Shown here: positions 44,101-58,634 of the stretch, in pieces
Numbering within the stretch: the stretch's first letter is position 1
How the letters are laid out: each line of letters begins with the position of its first letter
Assembly (NCBI RefSeq): GCF_009914755.1
Contig: NC_060925.1
From: the human T2T-CHM13v2.0 reference genome, Homo sapiens
DNA length: 64,000 nt
Direction: 5' to 3' (one strand)
Position numbers and translations under genes: made by a program
The notes under the pieces: generated by a model
What the model was told of the DNA's origin: nothing
The model's database searches: none
What the model saw: only the letters and a program-made list of their open reading frames with translations

Positions 44101-44554
44101 TTTAGAAGGGGCTGTTTCAGCAAACCAGTGCAGTGTAGATGAAGTATTTTGCAGCAGTCTGCAGGAGGAGAATCTGACCAGGAAAGAAACCCCTTCGGCC
44201 CCAGCGAAGGGTGTTGAAGAGCTTGAGTCCCTCTGTGAGGTGTACCGGCAGTCCCTCGAGAAGCTAGAAGAGAAAATGGAAAGTCAAGGGATTATGAAAA
44301 ATAAGGAAATTCAAGAGCTCGAGCAGTTATTAAGTTCTGAAAGGCAAGAGCTTGACTGCCTTAGGAAGCAGTATTTGTCAGAAAATGAACAGTGGCAACA
44401 GAAGCTGACAAGCGTGACTCTGGAGATGGAGTCCAAGTTGGCGGCAGAAAAGAAACAGACGGAACAACTGTCACTTGAGCTGGAAGTAGCACGACTCCAG
44501 CTACAAGGTCTGGACTTAAGTTCTCGGTCTTTGCTTGGCATCGACACAGAAGAT
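41151..44554 (+). CDS. CENPF: CENPF exon 12 (giant coiled-coil exon)
   Basis: aaatag|CGAAG to GAAGAT|gtaagt; 3404 nt; matches the 1140-aa ORF 41174..44596. Confidence 0.97.
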
Positions 44555-45786
44555 GTAAGTACCTGGGATTTAAATGCCATTTCTCGGTTTACATGACTAG
44601 TGGACACTCAGTAAATGTTTGTCTAATTGAAATGTACATTAAACCTAAGTTAAAATATTTTTAGGGTTCAAGGAAATAAAATACACCAAAATATTTTCAA
44701 AACAAACCAGAACTTGAGGAAAATGAGTAAACGTTATTTGAGGAATAAATTTCTATAGGGATTAGATTTACATAGCATTATATAGAATATTACTAAAGAT
44801 GTTTTTAAAGTCTGGAGAAAATTATATTATGGAGTCAGAAAGTCTTTAGAATGTGTGTTTCCACCCTTTGTGCATTAATAAAGTATACTGAAATAATTAA
44901 GAACTTACAAATGGTAATATGTAAATTTTTAATCTCTCCCACTTTTCAGACTATTTTTGATGTTATGGCATTATCGTCATGAAACTAAATACAGCAGATT
45001 CTTTATGTATTACTAAACAGTTTTCTCTCTAACAATTTACTGTGGTACAAAAATATGATTTGGTATAAGTCATTTAAAAGGGCTTTTAAAAAATTGAATA
45101 CATATTTGTTTAATTGCTTGTAACTTTGTCCTTTCTAGCCTGCTAGCTTAATTAATAATGCTATATAGTGTATGCATGTCACTTGATTTCCTCTGTCTAT
45201 CTCTGTGAGGTAGAGAAGGCAGGTCATGGTGAGGTGATGGCAGGTGTAGGTGCAACAGCAGATCCCCAGTTTACAGATGAGAGGAAAGTGAGGCTCAAAT
45301 ATGTAATTTATCCAATAATGTACAGTAAGTGCTGGATTGGGGATTAAGTCCTTGGACTGGGAATCTGGTTATGAAACTTTACTGCCTTATTAAAGAGTAT
45401 CATAAATGCTGAAGGTGGAAGCTGAGCATTTTGTTAGCCTCTTATTTAATAATTACAAAGAGATTTCATATTTAGGCTACCTGAATATTCTTAGCAAGGG
45501 AAAAATATGAAATTTAAATACATTACAAATTGTAATTGAGCCGAAGGGTTTGTCTTCAAGATAAATGCCTAACCCCAGTGTCTTGCCCATAGGGGCCACT
45601 TACTGAACGTATAAGTATGTTGAACATTTGAATGAAGAGAGAAAGATGTAGTGGGAAATTCACCACTTTAAGAGATGTGTTTAGCAGAGGCCACGCATCA
45701 GTTTCTAAAAAGTAATAACTAAATCTATTCTATTTTGATTCTTTTTGAAAAATAAAATGCATGCTTGTTATGTATTATAATTACAG

Positions 45787-48630
45787 GCTATTCAAGGCCG
45801 AAATGAGAGCTGTGACATATCAAAAGAACATACTTCAGAAACTACAGAAAGAACACCAAAGCATGATGTTCATCAGATTTGTGATAAAGATGCTCAGCAG
45901 GACCTCAATCTAGACATTGAGAAAATAACTGAGACTGGTGCAGTGAAACCCACAGGAGAGTGCTCTGGGGAACAGTCCCCAGATACCAATTATGAGCCTC
46001 CAGGGGAAGATAAAACCCAGGGCTCTTCAGAATGCATTTCTGAATTGTCATTTTCTGGTCCTAATGCTTTGGTACCTATGGATTTCCTGGGGAATCAGGA
46101 AGATATCCATAATCTTCAACTGCGGGTAAAAGAGACATCAAATGAGAATTTGAGATTACTTCATGTGATAGAGGACCGTGACAGAAAAGTTGAAAGTTTG
46201 CTAAATGAAATGAAAGAATTAGACTCAAAACTCCATTTACAGGAGGTACAACTAATGACCAAAATTGAAGCATGCATAGAATTGGAAAAAATAGTTGGGG
46301 AACTTAAGAAAGAAAACTCAGATTTAAGTGAAAAATTGGAATATTTTTCTTGTGATCACCAGGAGTTACTCCAGAGAGTAGAAACTTCTGAAGGCCTCAA
46401 TTCTGATTTAGAAATGCATGCAGATAAATCATCACGTGAAGATATTGGAGATAATGTGGCCAAGGTGAATGACAGCTGGAAGGAGAGATTTCTTGATGTG
46501 GAAAATGAGCTGAGTAGGATCAGATCGGAGAAAGCTAGCATTGAGCATGAAGCCCTCTACCTGGAGGCTGACTTAGAGGTAGTTCAAACAGAGAAGCTAT
46601 GTTTAGAAAAAGACAATGAAAATAAGCAGAAGGTTATTGTCTGCCTTGAAGAAGAACTCTCAGTGGTCACAAGTGAGAGAAACCAGCTTCGTGGAGAATT
46701 AGATACTATGTCAAAAAAAACCACGGCACTGGATCAGTTGTCTGAAAAAATGAAGGAGAAAACACAAGAGCTTGAGTCTCATCAAAGTGAGTGTCTCCAT
46801 TGCATTCAGGTGGCAGAGGCAGAGGTGAAGGAAAAGACGGAACTCCTTCAGACTTTGTCCTCTGATGTGAGTGAGCTGTTAAAAGACAAAACTCATCTCC
46901 AGGAAAAGCTGCAGAGTTTGGAAAAGGACTCACAGGCACTGTCTTTGACAAAATGTGAGCTGGAAAACCAAATTGCACAACTGAATAAAGAGAAAGAATT
47001 GCTTGTCAAGGAATCTGAAAGCCTGCAGGCCAGACTGAGTGAATCAGATTATGAAAAGCTGAATGTCTCCAAGGCCTTGGAGGCCGCACTGGTGGAGAAA
47101 GGTGAGTTCGCATTGAGGCTGAGCTCAACACAGGAGGAAGTGCATCAGCTGAGAAGAGGCATCGAGAAACTGAGAGTTCGCATTGAGGCCGATGAAAAGA
47201 AGCAGCTGCACATCGCAGAGAAACTGAAAGAACGCGAGCGGGAGAATGATTCACTTAAGGATAAAGTTGAGAACCTTGAAAGGGAATTGCAGATGTCAGA
47301 AGAAAACCAGGAGCTAGTGATTCTTGATGCCGAGAATTCCAAAGCAGAAGTAGAGACTCTAAAAACACAAATAGAAGAGATGGCCAGAAGCCTGAAAGTT
47401 TTTGAATTAGACCTTGTCACGTTAAGGTCTGAAAAAGAAAATCTGACAAAACAAATACAAGAAAAACAAGGTCAGTTGTCAGAACTAGACAAGTTACTCT
47501 CTTCATTTAAAAGTCTGTTAGAAGAAAAGGAGCAAGCAGAGATACAGATCAAAGAAGAATCTAAAACTGCAGTGGAGATGCTTCAGAATCAGTTAAAGGA
47601 GCTAAATGAGGCAGTAGCAGCCTTGTGTGGTGACCAAGAAATTATGAAGGCCACAGAACAGAGTCTAGACCCACCAATAGAGGAAGAGCATCAGCTGAGA
47701 AATAGCATTGAAAAGCTGAGAGCCCGCCTAGAAGCTGATGAAAAGAAGCAGCTCTGTGTCTTACAACAACTGAAGGAAAGTGAGCATCATGCAGATTTAC
47801 TTAAGGGTAGAGTGGAGAACCTTGAAAGAGAGCTAGAGATAGCCAGGACAAACCAAGAGCATGCAGCTCTTGAGGCAGAGAATTCCAAAGGAGAGGTAGA
47901 GACCCTAAAAGCAAAAATAGAAGGGATGACCCAAAGTCTGAGAGGTCTGGAATTAGATGTTGTTACTATAAGGTCAGAAAAAGAAGATCTGACAAATGAA
48001 TTACAAAAAGAGCAAGAGCGAATATCTGAATTAGAAATAATAAATTCATCATTTGAAAATATTTTGCAAGAAAAAGAGCAAGAGAAAGTACAGATGAAAG
48101 AAAAATCAAGCACTGCCATGGAGATGCTTCAAACACAATTAAAAGAGCTCAATGAGAGAGTGGCAGCCCTGCATAATGACCAAGAAGCCTGTAAGGCCAA
48201 AGAGCAGAATCTTAGTAGTCAAGTAGAGTGTCTTGAACTTGAGAAGGCTCAGTTGCTACAAGGCCTTGATGAGGCCAAAAATAATTATATTGTTTTGCAA
48301 TCTTCAGTGAATGGCCTCATTCAAGAAGTAGAAGATGGCAAGCAGAAACTGGAGAAGAAGGATGAAGAAATCAGTAGACTGAAAAATCAAATTCAAGACC
48401 AAGAGCAGCTTGTCTCTAAACTGTCCCAGGTGGAAGGAGAGCACCAACTTTGGAAGGAGCAAAACTTAGAACTGAGAAATCTGACAGTGGAATTGGAGCA
48501 GAAGATCCAAGTGCTACAATCCAAAAATGCCTCTTTGCAGGACACATTAGAAGTGCTGCAGAGTTCTTACAAGAATCTAGAGAATGAGCTTGAATTGACA
48601 AAAATGGACAAAATGTCCTTTGTTGAAAAA
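45787..48630 (+). CDS. CENPF: CENPF exon 13 (giant coiled-coil exon)
   Basis: ttacag|GCTATT to GAAAAA|gtaagt; 2844 nt; matches the 907-aa ORF 45943..48666. Confidence 0.97.
47134..48225 (+). repeat. CENPF: Internal 2x182-codon diverged tandem repeat in CENPF exon 13
   Basis: CATCAGCTGAGA (HQLR) at 47143 and 47689, 546 nt apart; HQLR..IEKLR.R.EADEKKQL...EMLQ.QLKELNE.VAAL repeated. Confidence 0.9.
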
Positions 48631-49904
48631 GTAAGTGGCTATATCTGTTTATGTTTAAATATGTAGTCATGAGGCAGGAAACCATATTTTCTTCTAGACA
48701 CTGTGAATTGTATTTACTTCTAGACCGTGTCTGCTATATTGGACCAAACTTTGTAAAGGCTTTATGTTTACTGGGTCTTGAATTGCAGAAACACTGAGTT
48801 GGCTCTGGCAGTAGTCACTATTCTGGCTGATTCTTTGGGACATGTTCATGGATTGGACCAGGTTTTTAATGTGGCACCTACATAAGGGCAAAGCTTTGGT
48901 TTATGCACAGTTCCTTGTTCTAGTTATATTTCCTTTTCTTAGAGTACATCAGAATAGTGGCCTCCCCATATCCAGTTGAGACTCACTGCTATAGAGAGTA
49001 TAACAGACATTATCTAGGATCGGAAAGGATCTGCCTGCCTTACTGTGTCTTTTTTGCCTTCAGGACAAAGCACTTTTAAAGATACTGATAGATTTGTAAC
49101 CAACAGAGCACTCATGGCTTCTAGGGTGTGTTTTGGGGATTTCGTGCTTTCAGTCCCTCTTATACCTTCTCTTTGTGCAGTCTTCTATTGTATTAGTTGA
49201 TGATTAAAGGGAAGATCTGCCATCAAGAGGCTCAATTATTAAAGAAAAATTAAGTTTTGGCCCAGTGAGCTTACTTAGTGATCTAGGAAAGTGATTTTGT
49301 CACACTTAATTCTTGCTGAACAAATATTAAAGAATAAAAGGACTATCCACAAAATTCATCTCCACCCTGTATTTTCTAAGAATTTTGGGGTTTTGGATAC
49401 CTTGCAAGAGATGGCAGTCAGTATAGAGATGATGAGACAAACCATAGCAAGCTGTTTCACTTCAAGGGACAAATGCAAACAATAGCTTTTTAACTGTTTT
49501 TCAGTAATCATAAGCATGTTTATTGCAGATTAGTATGGCACTGGGGGATTAGTAGAGATCCAAGAAGTGATAAGATACTGCCTGATAATGATAATCTTTG
49601 ATGTTTAAGTTTAATTCAAATTAATACCTTTGTGAAAGATTTTAAGACTTAGGGATATTATCTTTCCTTGTCATTCCTTCCCTTATTACTATTCTTCTAT
49701 TAAATCTTTTCTGGGAAGAAAAGGTAAGCTTACTAGTAGGTTTTGAGAATGTTGAGTTGAGTGGATTAGTAAAGGCGGGATTAGCCAGCTTCCATTTTAT
49801 GATTGAAGGCTAAAATAAATGGCATGAATATGTTGTATCAGAGTGGTCGATCTGATCAAAACAGACCACCAAAAAGCAGATTCTAATGAAAGATGAAATT
49901 TCAG

Positions 49905-50057
49905 GTAAACAAAATGACTGCAAAGGAAACTGAGCTGCAGAGGGAAATGCATGAGATGGCACAGAAAACAGCAGAGCTGCAAGAAGAACTCAGTGGAGAG
50001 AAAAATAGGCTAGCTGGAGAGTTGCAGTTACTGTTGGAAGAAATAAAGAGCAGCAAA
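49905..50057 (+). CDS. CENPF: CENPF exon 14
   Basis: tttcag|GTAAAC (VNKMTAKETE...) to AGCAAA|gtaagt; 153 nt. Confidence 0.92.
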
Positions 50058-51849
50058 GTAAGTTTCTTTGTGACAAGTGTTATTATGATCTGTTAATTCA
50101 TTGTGCACACTCTCCTTATTGGTTCCTGTAAGACCTTCTGTTGTTTACCTAACTTATTTTTAGCTCTTGAAAAAAATAACCCTGTGCTTATGTCATAATC
50201 TGATTTATAGTAATCTCTACCATCCAGCACTATCAGGAGCCCACAAGGAGTCGTGAGAAGCCTCTGAACACATGAAAGTATCTGTCTCAGAGCCCAAATA
50301 CATTTTCATGGAAGAGGACCCTTGGACCACATTAACGCACAACAGAAGTAGATCTCATGCCGCTTTCAACAAGTTTATCTGCCTCCCTAGCTTGCCACAG
50401 ATTACAGGGTGGAATGTTGCTAGAAACACATTCATTGATCTGCTAAGAACTAACAAAGTAACAGAACTAAAGTCATAGTTTTAGGCAGGGTTAATGTGGC
50501 ACACCTATAGCACTTGGGCTGCCACTGCCCACTGCCATTTCCATAGTAGATATTACTAATTCATACCCTCCCTTTTTCCTGAGTCTCCTAACACTGTGTA
50601 CTGGGTAGCTGCTACCATGCAGAGAGAGCTGGCAGATGAAATGAAACCTGTTTGTCATACCTGATTAAATTATAAACATCCCTATAGCTGTTTAGTCCTC
50701 ATGCAACTTCATCCCTGAGTAGTATTTAAAGAACAGCAAAATAAGATAGTCATGATTGCGACCCTGAATAATCACAGAAATTTGAAATGATACATGTAAT
50801 ATTCTGTATAAAGAGTTGGAGAGATTTGTTCTTTTCTTTAAATATAGTATTTAATCTATGAAAATGGAAAGGTTTTGGCATCAAATCTCAGGAATGGACT
50901 TAGACCATATTCTGGCCATACTGCATGGAAGGAGTTCCTCTGAATGATATTTGTGTATTGCGTCTGCTGAAATCTCTTTTGGTGTTGAGTAGCTTGGGAG
51001 TGTCCCAAGTGCGTCATTATTGTATTTTATGTATGGGCACTACTGAGAGGAGTAGTTTGGCCTCAGCCCCATACATATGAGTGTGTTAGTTTGCATTGGC
51101 TTTATTCATTCATTTATTCATTCTCTAAATAATAAGTGCTAGTAAGGTCAGGGGATAGACTATTGAACCATACCTATCCTGTGTTTCCTGCACTCATGCA
51201 GCTTACAGTCTAGACACATAATAAATCATGAAATAGGCAACATGTAACAAATAAGCGGATAAATACTATAAAGGAAACAAATAAGATTCTTTGCTGTGGA
51301 ATAATTGGGATGTGGGGATATCAGGGTAGGAAACAACCTAATTTAGATAGGGTGGTCAGCAGATTTAGATAGGGTGGTCAGCAGATGTCACTTGCAAGAT
51401 GACGAGTCAGCTATGCAACGACCAGGCAGTGGTGGGGAGCCTTCTAGGTCTAGAGAGCAGTGTGGTCAAAGCTCTGGGACTAGAAAGATCTTTGTATTTT
51501 TTTTAGAAATTGAAAGGAAGCCATTGTGGCTGGAGCCAGATGGAAAATGACATGCACAAAGATTGGAGGGGTAGGAAGGGTATGGAGGGGGTGGGAAAGG
51601 TTTGGGGTGGGAATATTCACTTGGCTAGTTCAACATATAGGGAGTATTTAGAAATTATGGGAATGGTAGAAAATGATGGAGAAGAGAAGGCGGCTCAGGG
51701 CCTAGCCTGGAGGAACTCTAGCACACAAGGTGAGATGGAGGAAGAAGAGCCAGCAAAGAAGACAGAGAGAAGGCTTGATAAGGCAAACACCCAGGGGGGT
51801 CTCATGTTCTGGAAATCAAGAGGAAGGAATGTCTCAAGAAGGAGGGAGT

Positions 51850-52180
51850 GGCTGGATATAGTGGCTCATGCCTGTAATCCCAGCATTTTGGGAGGCCGAG
51901 GTGAGCTGATAACTTGAGTCCAGAAGTTCAAGACCAGCCTGGGCAACATGGCAAAACTCTGTTTCTACAAAAAAACAGTAAAATTAGCCAGACGTGGTGG
52001 CACATACTTGGGAGGCTGAGGTGGGGGATCACCTGAGCCCTGGAGATTGAGGCTGCAGTGAGCCATGATTGTGCCACCGCACTCCAGCCTGGGCAACATA
52101 GTGAGACCCTGTCTCAAGAAAACTAAGCCAAACCAACCAACCAACCAAACAACAACAGCAACAACAATAATAACAAAAAA
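51850..52180 (+). mobile_element. AluJ-like within L2 remnants
   Basis: Dimer with GATCACCTGAGCCC; (AACC)n/(AAC)n tail. Confidence 0.85.
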
Positions 52181-52939
52181 CAAAAGAAGGAAGGAGTGGT
52201 CAGCAGCCCCAGATACTACTTAGATGTCGATTGAGATGAGCTTAGAAGAATGTGCCTTTAGTTTGCAGCATGGAGGTTGCTGATGCCATGAAAAGCTTTT
52301 TTAGGAAGAGCTGGGACGAATTGATTGGAGCAGGTTAAAGAATTGGAGATGAGGAAGTAGACACCACACATACAGAAACACATACAGAGACAGCTACTCA
52401 GGGTCAGGCACGGAGAAGACAAATGCTTCCAGGGTTGGAGTTTGGCCAGTTCTTCACAGTGAAGGGATGGGGCAAAAGATTGGAGGGCATTTGGAAGGAA
52501 ATTCTTATAGTGACAGAACTGGAGTCTAAGCTGGTCAAGGAAGAAAATGCAAGTCCGGAGGGGATTTGGTGTGAAGATGGTAGTGGTTCTGTTGATGAGG
52601 TCAGGAATTATTGCAATGGAAGTACTTTAATAAACAAGGTTGGAAGCATAGGAAGGTGTGGTCCCAGAGTGGTTTAATTGAATTCAAGGTTTCAGAGTTT
52701 CTGTGGTCTCTGGATATGACCTTGCGAGGTGGTTGGGCTGGAGCAGAGGAAAGTGTTATTGGAGGTGAAGTCACAATTAAAAGTGAATACATTGCTAAGG
52801 ATTATAGCACTATTCTGTACAGATTTTATCTTGCCCATAAATATTTTTTTTCTACACAGTACACATTATTTCCTAAAAATATTTCCAGGTTCTTAATTAT
52901 GAGGAGGTGCTATTATGATTTTATTATTTTTCTGTTTAG

Positions 52940-53116
52940 GATCAATTGAAGGAGCTCACACTAGAAAATAGTGAATTGAAGAAGAGCCTAGATTGCATGC
53001 ACAAAGACCAGGTGGAAAAGGAAGGGAAAGTGAGAGAGGAAATAGCTGAATATCAGCTACGGCTTCATGAAGCTGAAAAGAAACACCAGGCTTTGCTTTT
53101 GGACACAAACAAACAG
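52940..53116 (+). CDS. CENPF: CENPF exon 15
   Basis: gtttag|GATCAA (DQLKELTLE...) to AAACAG|gtgaaa; 177 nt. Confidence 0.95.
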
Positions 53117-53297
53117 GTGAAATGTGGGGTTTGGTTACTGGGGGAGCTGGAGAGTGTATTTTGATCATGGTAAGGCTTTTTTTTTTTTCCAAAAAAAATC
53201 AATATTCTGGGTTATTACTATGCTATATAATCTTTTAAAAGGTCTCACATTAACTTCACGATCTTTTCCCCAGGTCCCTCTCTTATTTTATCAGTTG

Positions 53298-53563
53298 ATT
53301 TTTTTTTTTTTTTTTGAGATGGGGTCTCTCTCTGTCGCACTGCAAGCTCCGTCTCCCAGGTTTGCACCATTCTCCTACCTCAGCCTCCCGAGTAGCTGGG
53401 ACTACAGGTGCCCGCCACCACGCCCGGCTAATTTTTTGTATTTTTAGTAGTGATGGGGTTTCACTGTGTTAGCCAGGATGGTCTCGATCTCCTGACCTTG
53501 TGATCTGCCCACCTTGGCCTCCCAAAGTGCTGGGATTACAGGCGTGAGCCACTGTGCCTGGCC
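53298..53563 (-). mobile_element. AluY-like (internal deletion)
   Basis: Reverse Alu with GCAAGCTCCG and TTAGCCAGGATGG. Confidence 0.88.
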
Positions 53564-53578
53564 CGGTTGATTTTTTAA

Positions 53579-53968
<390 letters not shown>

Positions 53969-54053
53969 GTTTTTTGTTTTTCTGACTATTTTTTTTTAGC
54001 TGTGCCTCCTGGCTAAAGTAACATTTTGGTTTTTTTTGTTTGTTTTGCTCTAG

Positions 54054-54215
54054 TATGAAGTAGAAATCCAGACATACCGAGAGAAATTGACTTCTAAAGA
54101 AGAATGTCTCAGTTCACAGAAGCTGGAGATAGACCTTTTAAAGTCTAGTAAAGAAGAGCTCAATAATTCATTGAAAGCTACTACTCAGATTTTGGAAGAA
54201 TTGAAGAAAACCAAG
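54054..54215 (+). CDS. CENPF: CENPF exon 16
   Basis: ctctag|TATGAA ([10 protein letters not shown]...) to ACCAAG|gtatgt; 162 nt. Confidence 0.95.
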
Positions 54216-55451
54216 GTATGTTCACTTTAATTTGCTTCATGATTTCGAATGGTTTATACAGGTGGTAGTGATTTTAATGGTATAGCATTAAACGTTTTCA
54301 TTTTCATTTTATGAAAATTTTTGGTAGTCAAAAATGATGTCATTCATCAGTTCTCTGCTGAGTTATCTTTAAAAAAAATCAGTGGGTCATCTACAGTCTC
54401 ATAGCTTGAATAAGCTATCCATTGCCTCATGCATCCTCTCAAACTAGAGGATGTTAAAGACTTCTTGAGATAGATTTGAAGATCCAGCCACACAGCAGAT
54501 GAGGGCAGGCCTCTTAAGCTATAGAAAACAGTCTGACGGGCAATTCCAAAATCTTGAATGAGCTGTCTCCAACTTCACTGTCACCATACTCACTTTTCTG
54601 TGGCTTACGGGGAGATCAAAGTGTGGCAGAGCACCTTGGTCAGGCAGACGTGTGGATATTCTCCTCTTCCTCTTCACGCAAGGATCATAGAACTTTTTTT
54701 TTTTTTTAGGAACAATGAAGGTGAACCCTAGTCTCAGGATTGCTAGTCTCAAGATGGTACCACTGTAATTCTACCTGGAAAAGGAGGTGTTTTCATTCCT
54801 ACAGATATTTTTCATAAGATAAATACCCACAGTGTATAGTAATGAACCTGGATAATAAATATCTTCCAGCAAATATTTTACTTAGAAGACGATTATATTT
54901 TTTAAATTTTGAGATTAATTGAATATATACAAACAGAAAATTAGGTACAAATTTATTATGTTTATGGCTCTTATACAACTATCAAGGTAAAGGAAATTTA
55001 CCAATTAAATACAAAGTAGTAAAATTCAAAATCACAATAATTAATAATGTTCTGCTGCTACAAAATGAGATGTTGGGTTTAATAATAGAAGGAAGTAGCA
55101 CTGTTGAAATAGAATTAAATGGGTCTTGAATTCATTTGTGATTGGAATCAGAAGTCGCGAGTTCTGAAAGGGTAAGGTTTACTGCAACATTGCTAATAAA
55201 TAATTTCAAGATGAAATATACAAAGATGAGATCCAAGCTCTAACATTTACTTGCAACATGAATATGGTACTGTGTTCTTCTCCGTCCCCCATCCTCATTC
55301 CCCCTCCTCCTCCTGCTGCTGTTTGGTCTTCCTTTGGAAATTCATGATGCCATATCAGATGGTTTTAGAATTCTGCACTTTAATAATGTAATGCATATGC
55401 CATATATAATATCCCAGAGGGATCTGCTATAATATTGCATAATCGAATTCA

Positions 55452-55800
<349 letters not shown>

Positions 55801-56465
55801 TAAATTAATTAATTAATAAAGACATGAACACCTTTATATCTCTTCAGGTTGGGTTTTGCCTCTAAATCATTTTCATAGCTCTTTTTTTTTGATTTGGGAA
55901 TTGTGAATAAGAATGTGAACTTGTACCACTGAGAAGCGTATGAGGACACAATTCTCCCATCATTCTGTTGTCTTTCTACTCGAGCCACAATGAAATTTAA
56001 ATTTGTATAGTGAGCTAGAATATCATTTGGCCTTCACTTGGTATGGCTAAAACAAATACCAAGGCAGGTATTGAAACTGTAACAGTGTGATTACAAATGG
56101 GAACACAATTCTGTCATTGAGAATTTTGGACTCACCAAGAATATGTTCGTTGTCTCCCTGTCCAGTAATCCAATGCGATTCCCATTGGATAAATACAGAC
56201 ATAGTGGGCACTTAATAGACATCTCAGGAACTGTAGTTTATACTTGTGATACTAAGAAAGAGAATGACAAAACCACATTGTCAGTTGGGGGGACTTAGGA
56301 AACTGAGTAGAGAACGTGAATGGTTTTGTGCATCTTTAGATGTTTTGTATTGAATCTAATAATTCTTAAATTTACAATATATGAATCTTATATCTTATAA
56401 TTATTTTTCCATATGCTTATAAAAAGAAATTCAAGGTTTTAAATGGAATTACTTTTATTTTGTAG

Positions 56466-56628
56466 ATGGACAATCTAAAATATGTAAATCAGTTGAAGAA
56501 GGAAAATGAACGTGCCCAGGGGAAAATGAAGTTGTTGATCAAATCCTGTAAACAGCTGGAAGAGGAAAAGGAGATACTGCAGAAAGAACTCTCTCAACTT
56601 CAAGCTGCACAGGAGAAGCAGAAAACAG
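56466..56628 (+). CDS. CENPF: CENPF exon 17
   Basis: ttgtag|ATGGAC (MDNLKYVNQL...) to AACAG|gtgggt; 163 nt. Confidence 0.95.
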
Positions 56629-56777
56629 GTGGGTGTTAACTGGGGCACATCAACTAGCCAGAACTCTTTTCCAGTAGTGAAATAACATATGGTATGCGTG
56701 CATAGGAACTATTTTTAGTGCTGTGTTCTATTACTGAGTGCTGATTTTTTACCATTAATCCATTTTCCAATTTCTGA

Positions 56778-57119
<342 letters not shown>

Positions 57120-58157
57120 TGAAGCCATTTTGAAATAGAATTATCGCATCTTCCATTCTATAAAACATGGAAAAAACTGGTGGAACTTTTTGCTAATGAG
57201 CCATTCTAAGAAGAGTTTTTTATGTCGATGTCCAGTTACGTGGTTTCTTTGTCAATAGATTGGCATCAGAATTGGCTTTGGTAATTTATAAATAGCTGAT
57301 TCTGGTTATCCTCAGTCCATTCGTATGGGTCAACTAAAGGGAACGGGTGAGGGTGGGAGGCATATTTTTAGTTGTGCAGGCAAAATAGAAAAGGAAAGAA
57401 ATGATAACTCTCCTTGTCACTTTTATCCACTTATACCCCTGGAGTGGCATGTGCTTACCGTGTGGATAGATGATGACAAGCATAATCTGACTGGCTTCTC
57501 TGGTCTGTAGTGTAGCAGGATGTGGGTCAACAGTCTTCCCTGTTGGAAACAGTGCTCAGGGTAGATTGGGGCTTCAGGGGATTTTTCTAATGGATTTAAT
57601 ACACCCATGGCAGCTACAAGTTGACCAAGATTCCCACCTTTATAGTGTTCCCCCAAACCCTTTTTCATCAGATCCTCCATTGCCTTCAGATGCTTTCAGA
57701 GTGTTTTTTTGGATTTGCCTGGTCATCTGTTAGAATCTTGTCTCCCAAAGCCATACAACAGAAGCTTCATAATCTTTGCTGACTTCTGTTCATCCACTTA
57801 TGGTAGACAGAATGGACTGGGGAAAATAAGGATGTAAAAAAATGAATTTATTTGATTGGATATAACTGACGCTGCAAGAACGTTTAATGAGTTGGCTGAA
57901 ATATGAGTTTGAGACTTTGGTGGATTTTATTTAAGCTGTCCCAATGAGTGTCACAGGACTAGAATATCTGCCTTGATATGATATACCTCCCGAACAAGAG
58001 TTGTTTGAACTATAAGAACATATACAGATATATCTCCCCAACCTCTTAAAAAAAAAAATCAAAGAAAGAACACGTCTAAGATTATCTGCTTCACGATGCC
58101 CATTGTTAACTAGAGAAGCATCAAGTTGCACATGATGTGTTGCTTTACTTTGGACAG

Positions 58158-58634
58158 GTACTGTTATGGATACCAAGGTCGATGAATTAACAACTGAGAT
58201 CAAAGAACTGAAAGAAACTCTTGAAGAAAAAACCAAGGAGGCAGATGAATACTTGGATAAGTACTGTTCCTTGCTTATAAGCCATGAAAAGTTAGAGAAA
58301 GCTAAAGAGATGTTAGAGACACAAGTGGCCCATCTGTGTTCACAGCAATCTAAACAAGATTCCCGAGGGTCTCCTTTGCTAGGTCCAGTTGTTCCAGGAC
58401 CATCTCCAATCCCTTCTGTTACTGAAAAGAGGTTATCATCTGGCCAAAATAAAGCTTCAGGCAAGAGGCAAAGATCCAGTGGAATATGGGAGAATGGTAG
58501 AGGACCAACACCTGCTACCCCAGAGAGCTTTTCTAAAAAAAGCAAGAAAGCAGTCATGAGTGGTATTCACCCTGCAGAAGACACGGAAGGTACTGAGTTT
58601 GAGCCAGAGGGACTTCCAGAAGTTGTAAAGAAAG
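58158..58634 (+). CDS. CENPF: CENPF exon 18 (kinetochore-targeting leucine zipper, NLS, start of Miro-binding segment)
   Basis: ggacag|GTACTGTT to AAGAAAG|gtatgc; 477 nt; contains YLDKYCSLLISHEKLE, KRLSSGQNKASGKRQR and FEPEGLPEVVKK. Confidence 0.95.

Noticed and set aside
51341-51386. 22-bp tandem duplication ATTTAGATAGGGTGGTCAGCAG
   Set aside because: Ordinary slippage duplication in an L2-like remnant with no functional cue.
57931-58557. 208-aa minus-strand ORF
   Set aside because: Largely an antisense shadow of CENPF exon 18.
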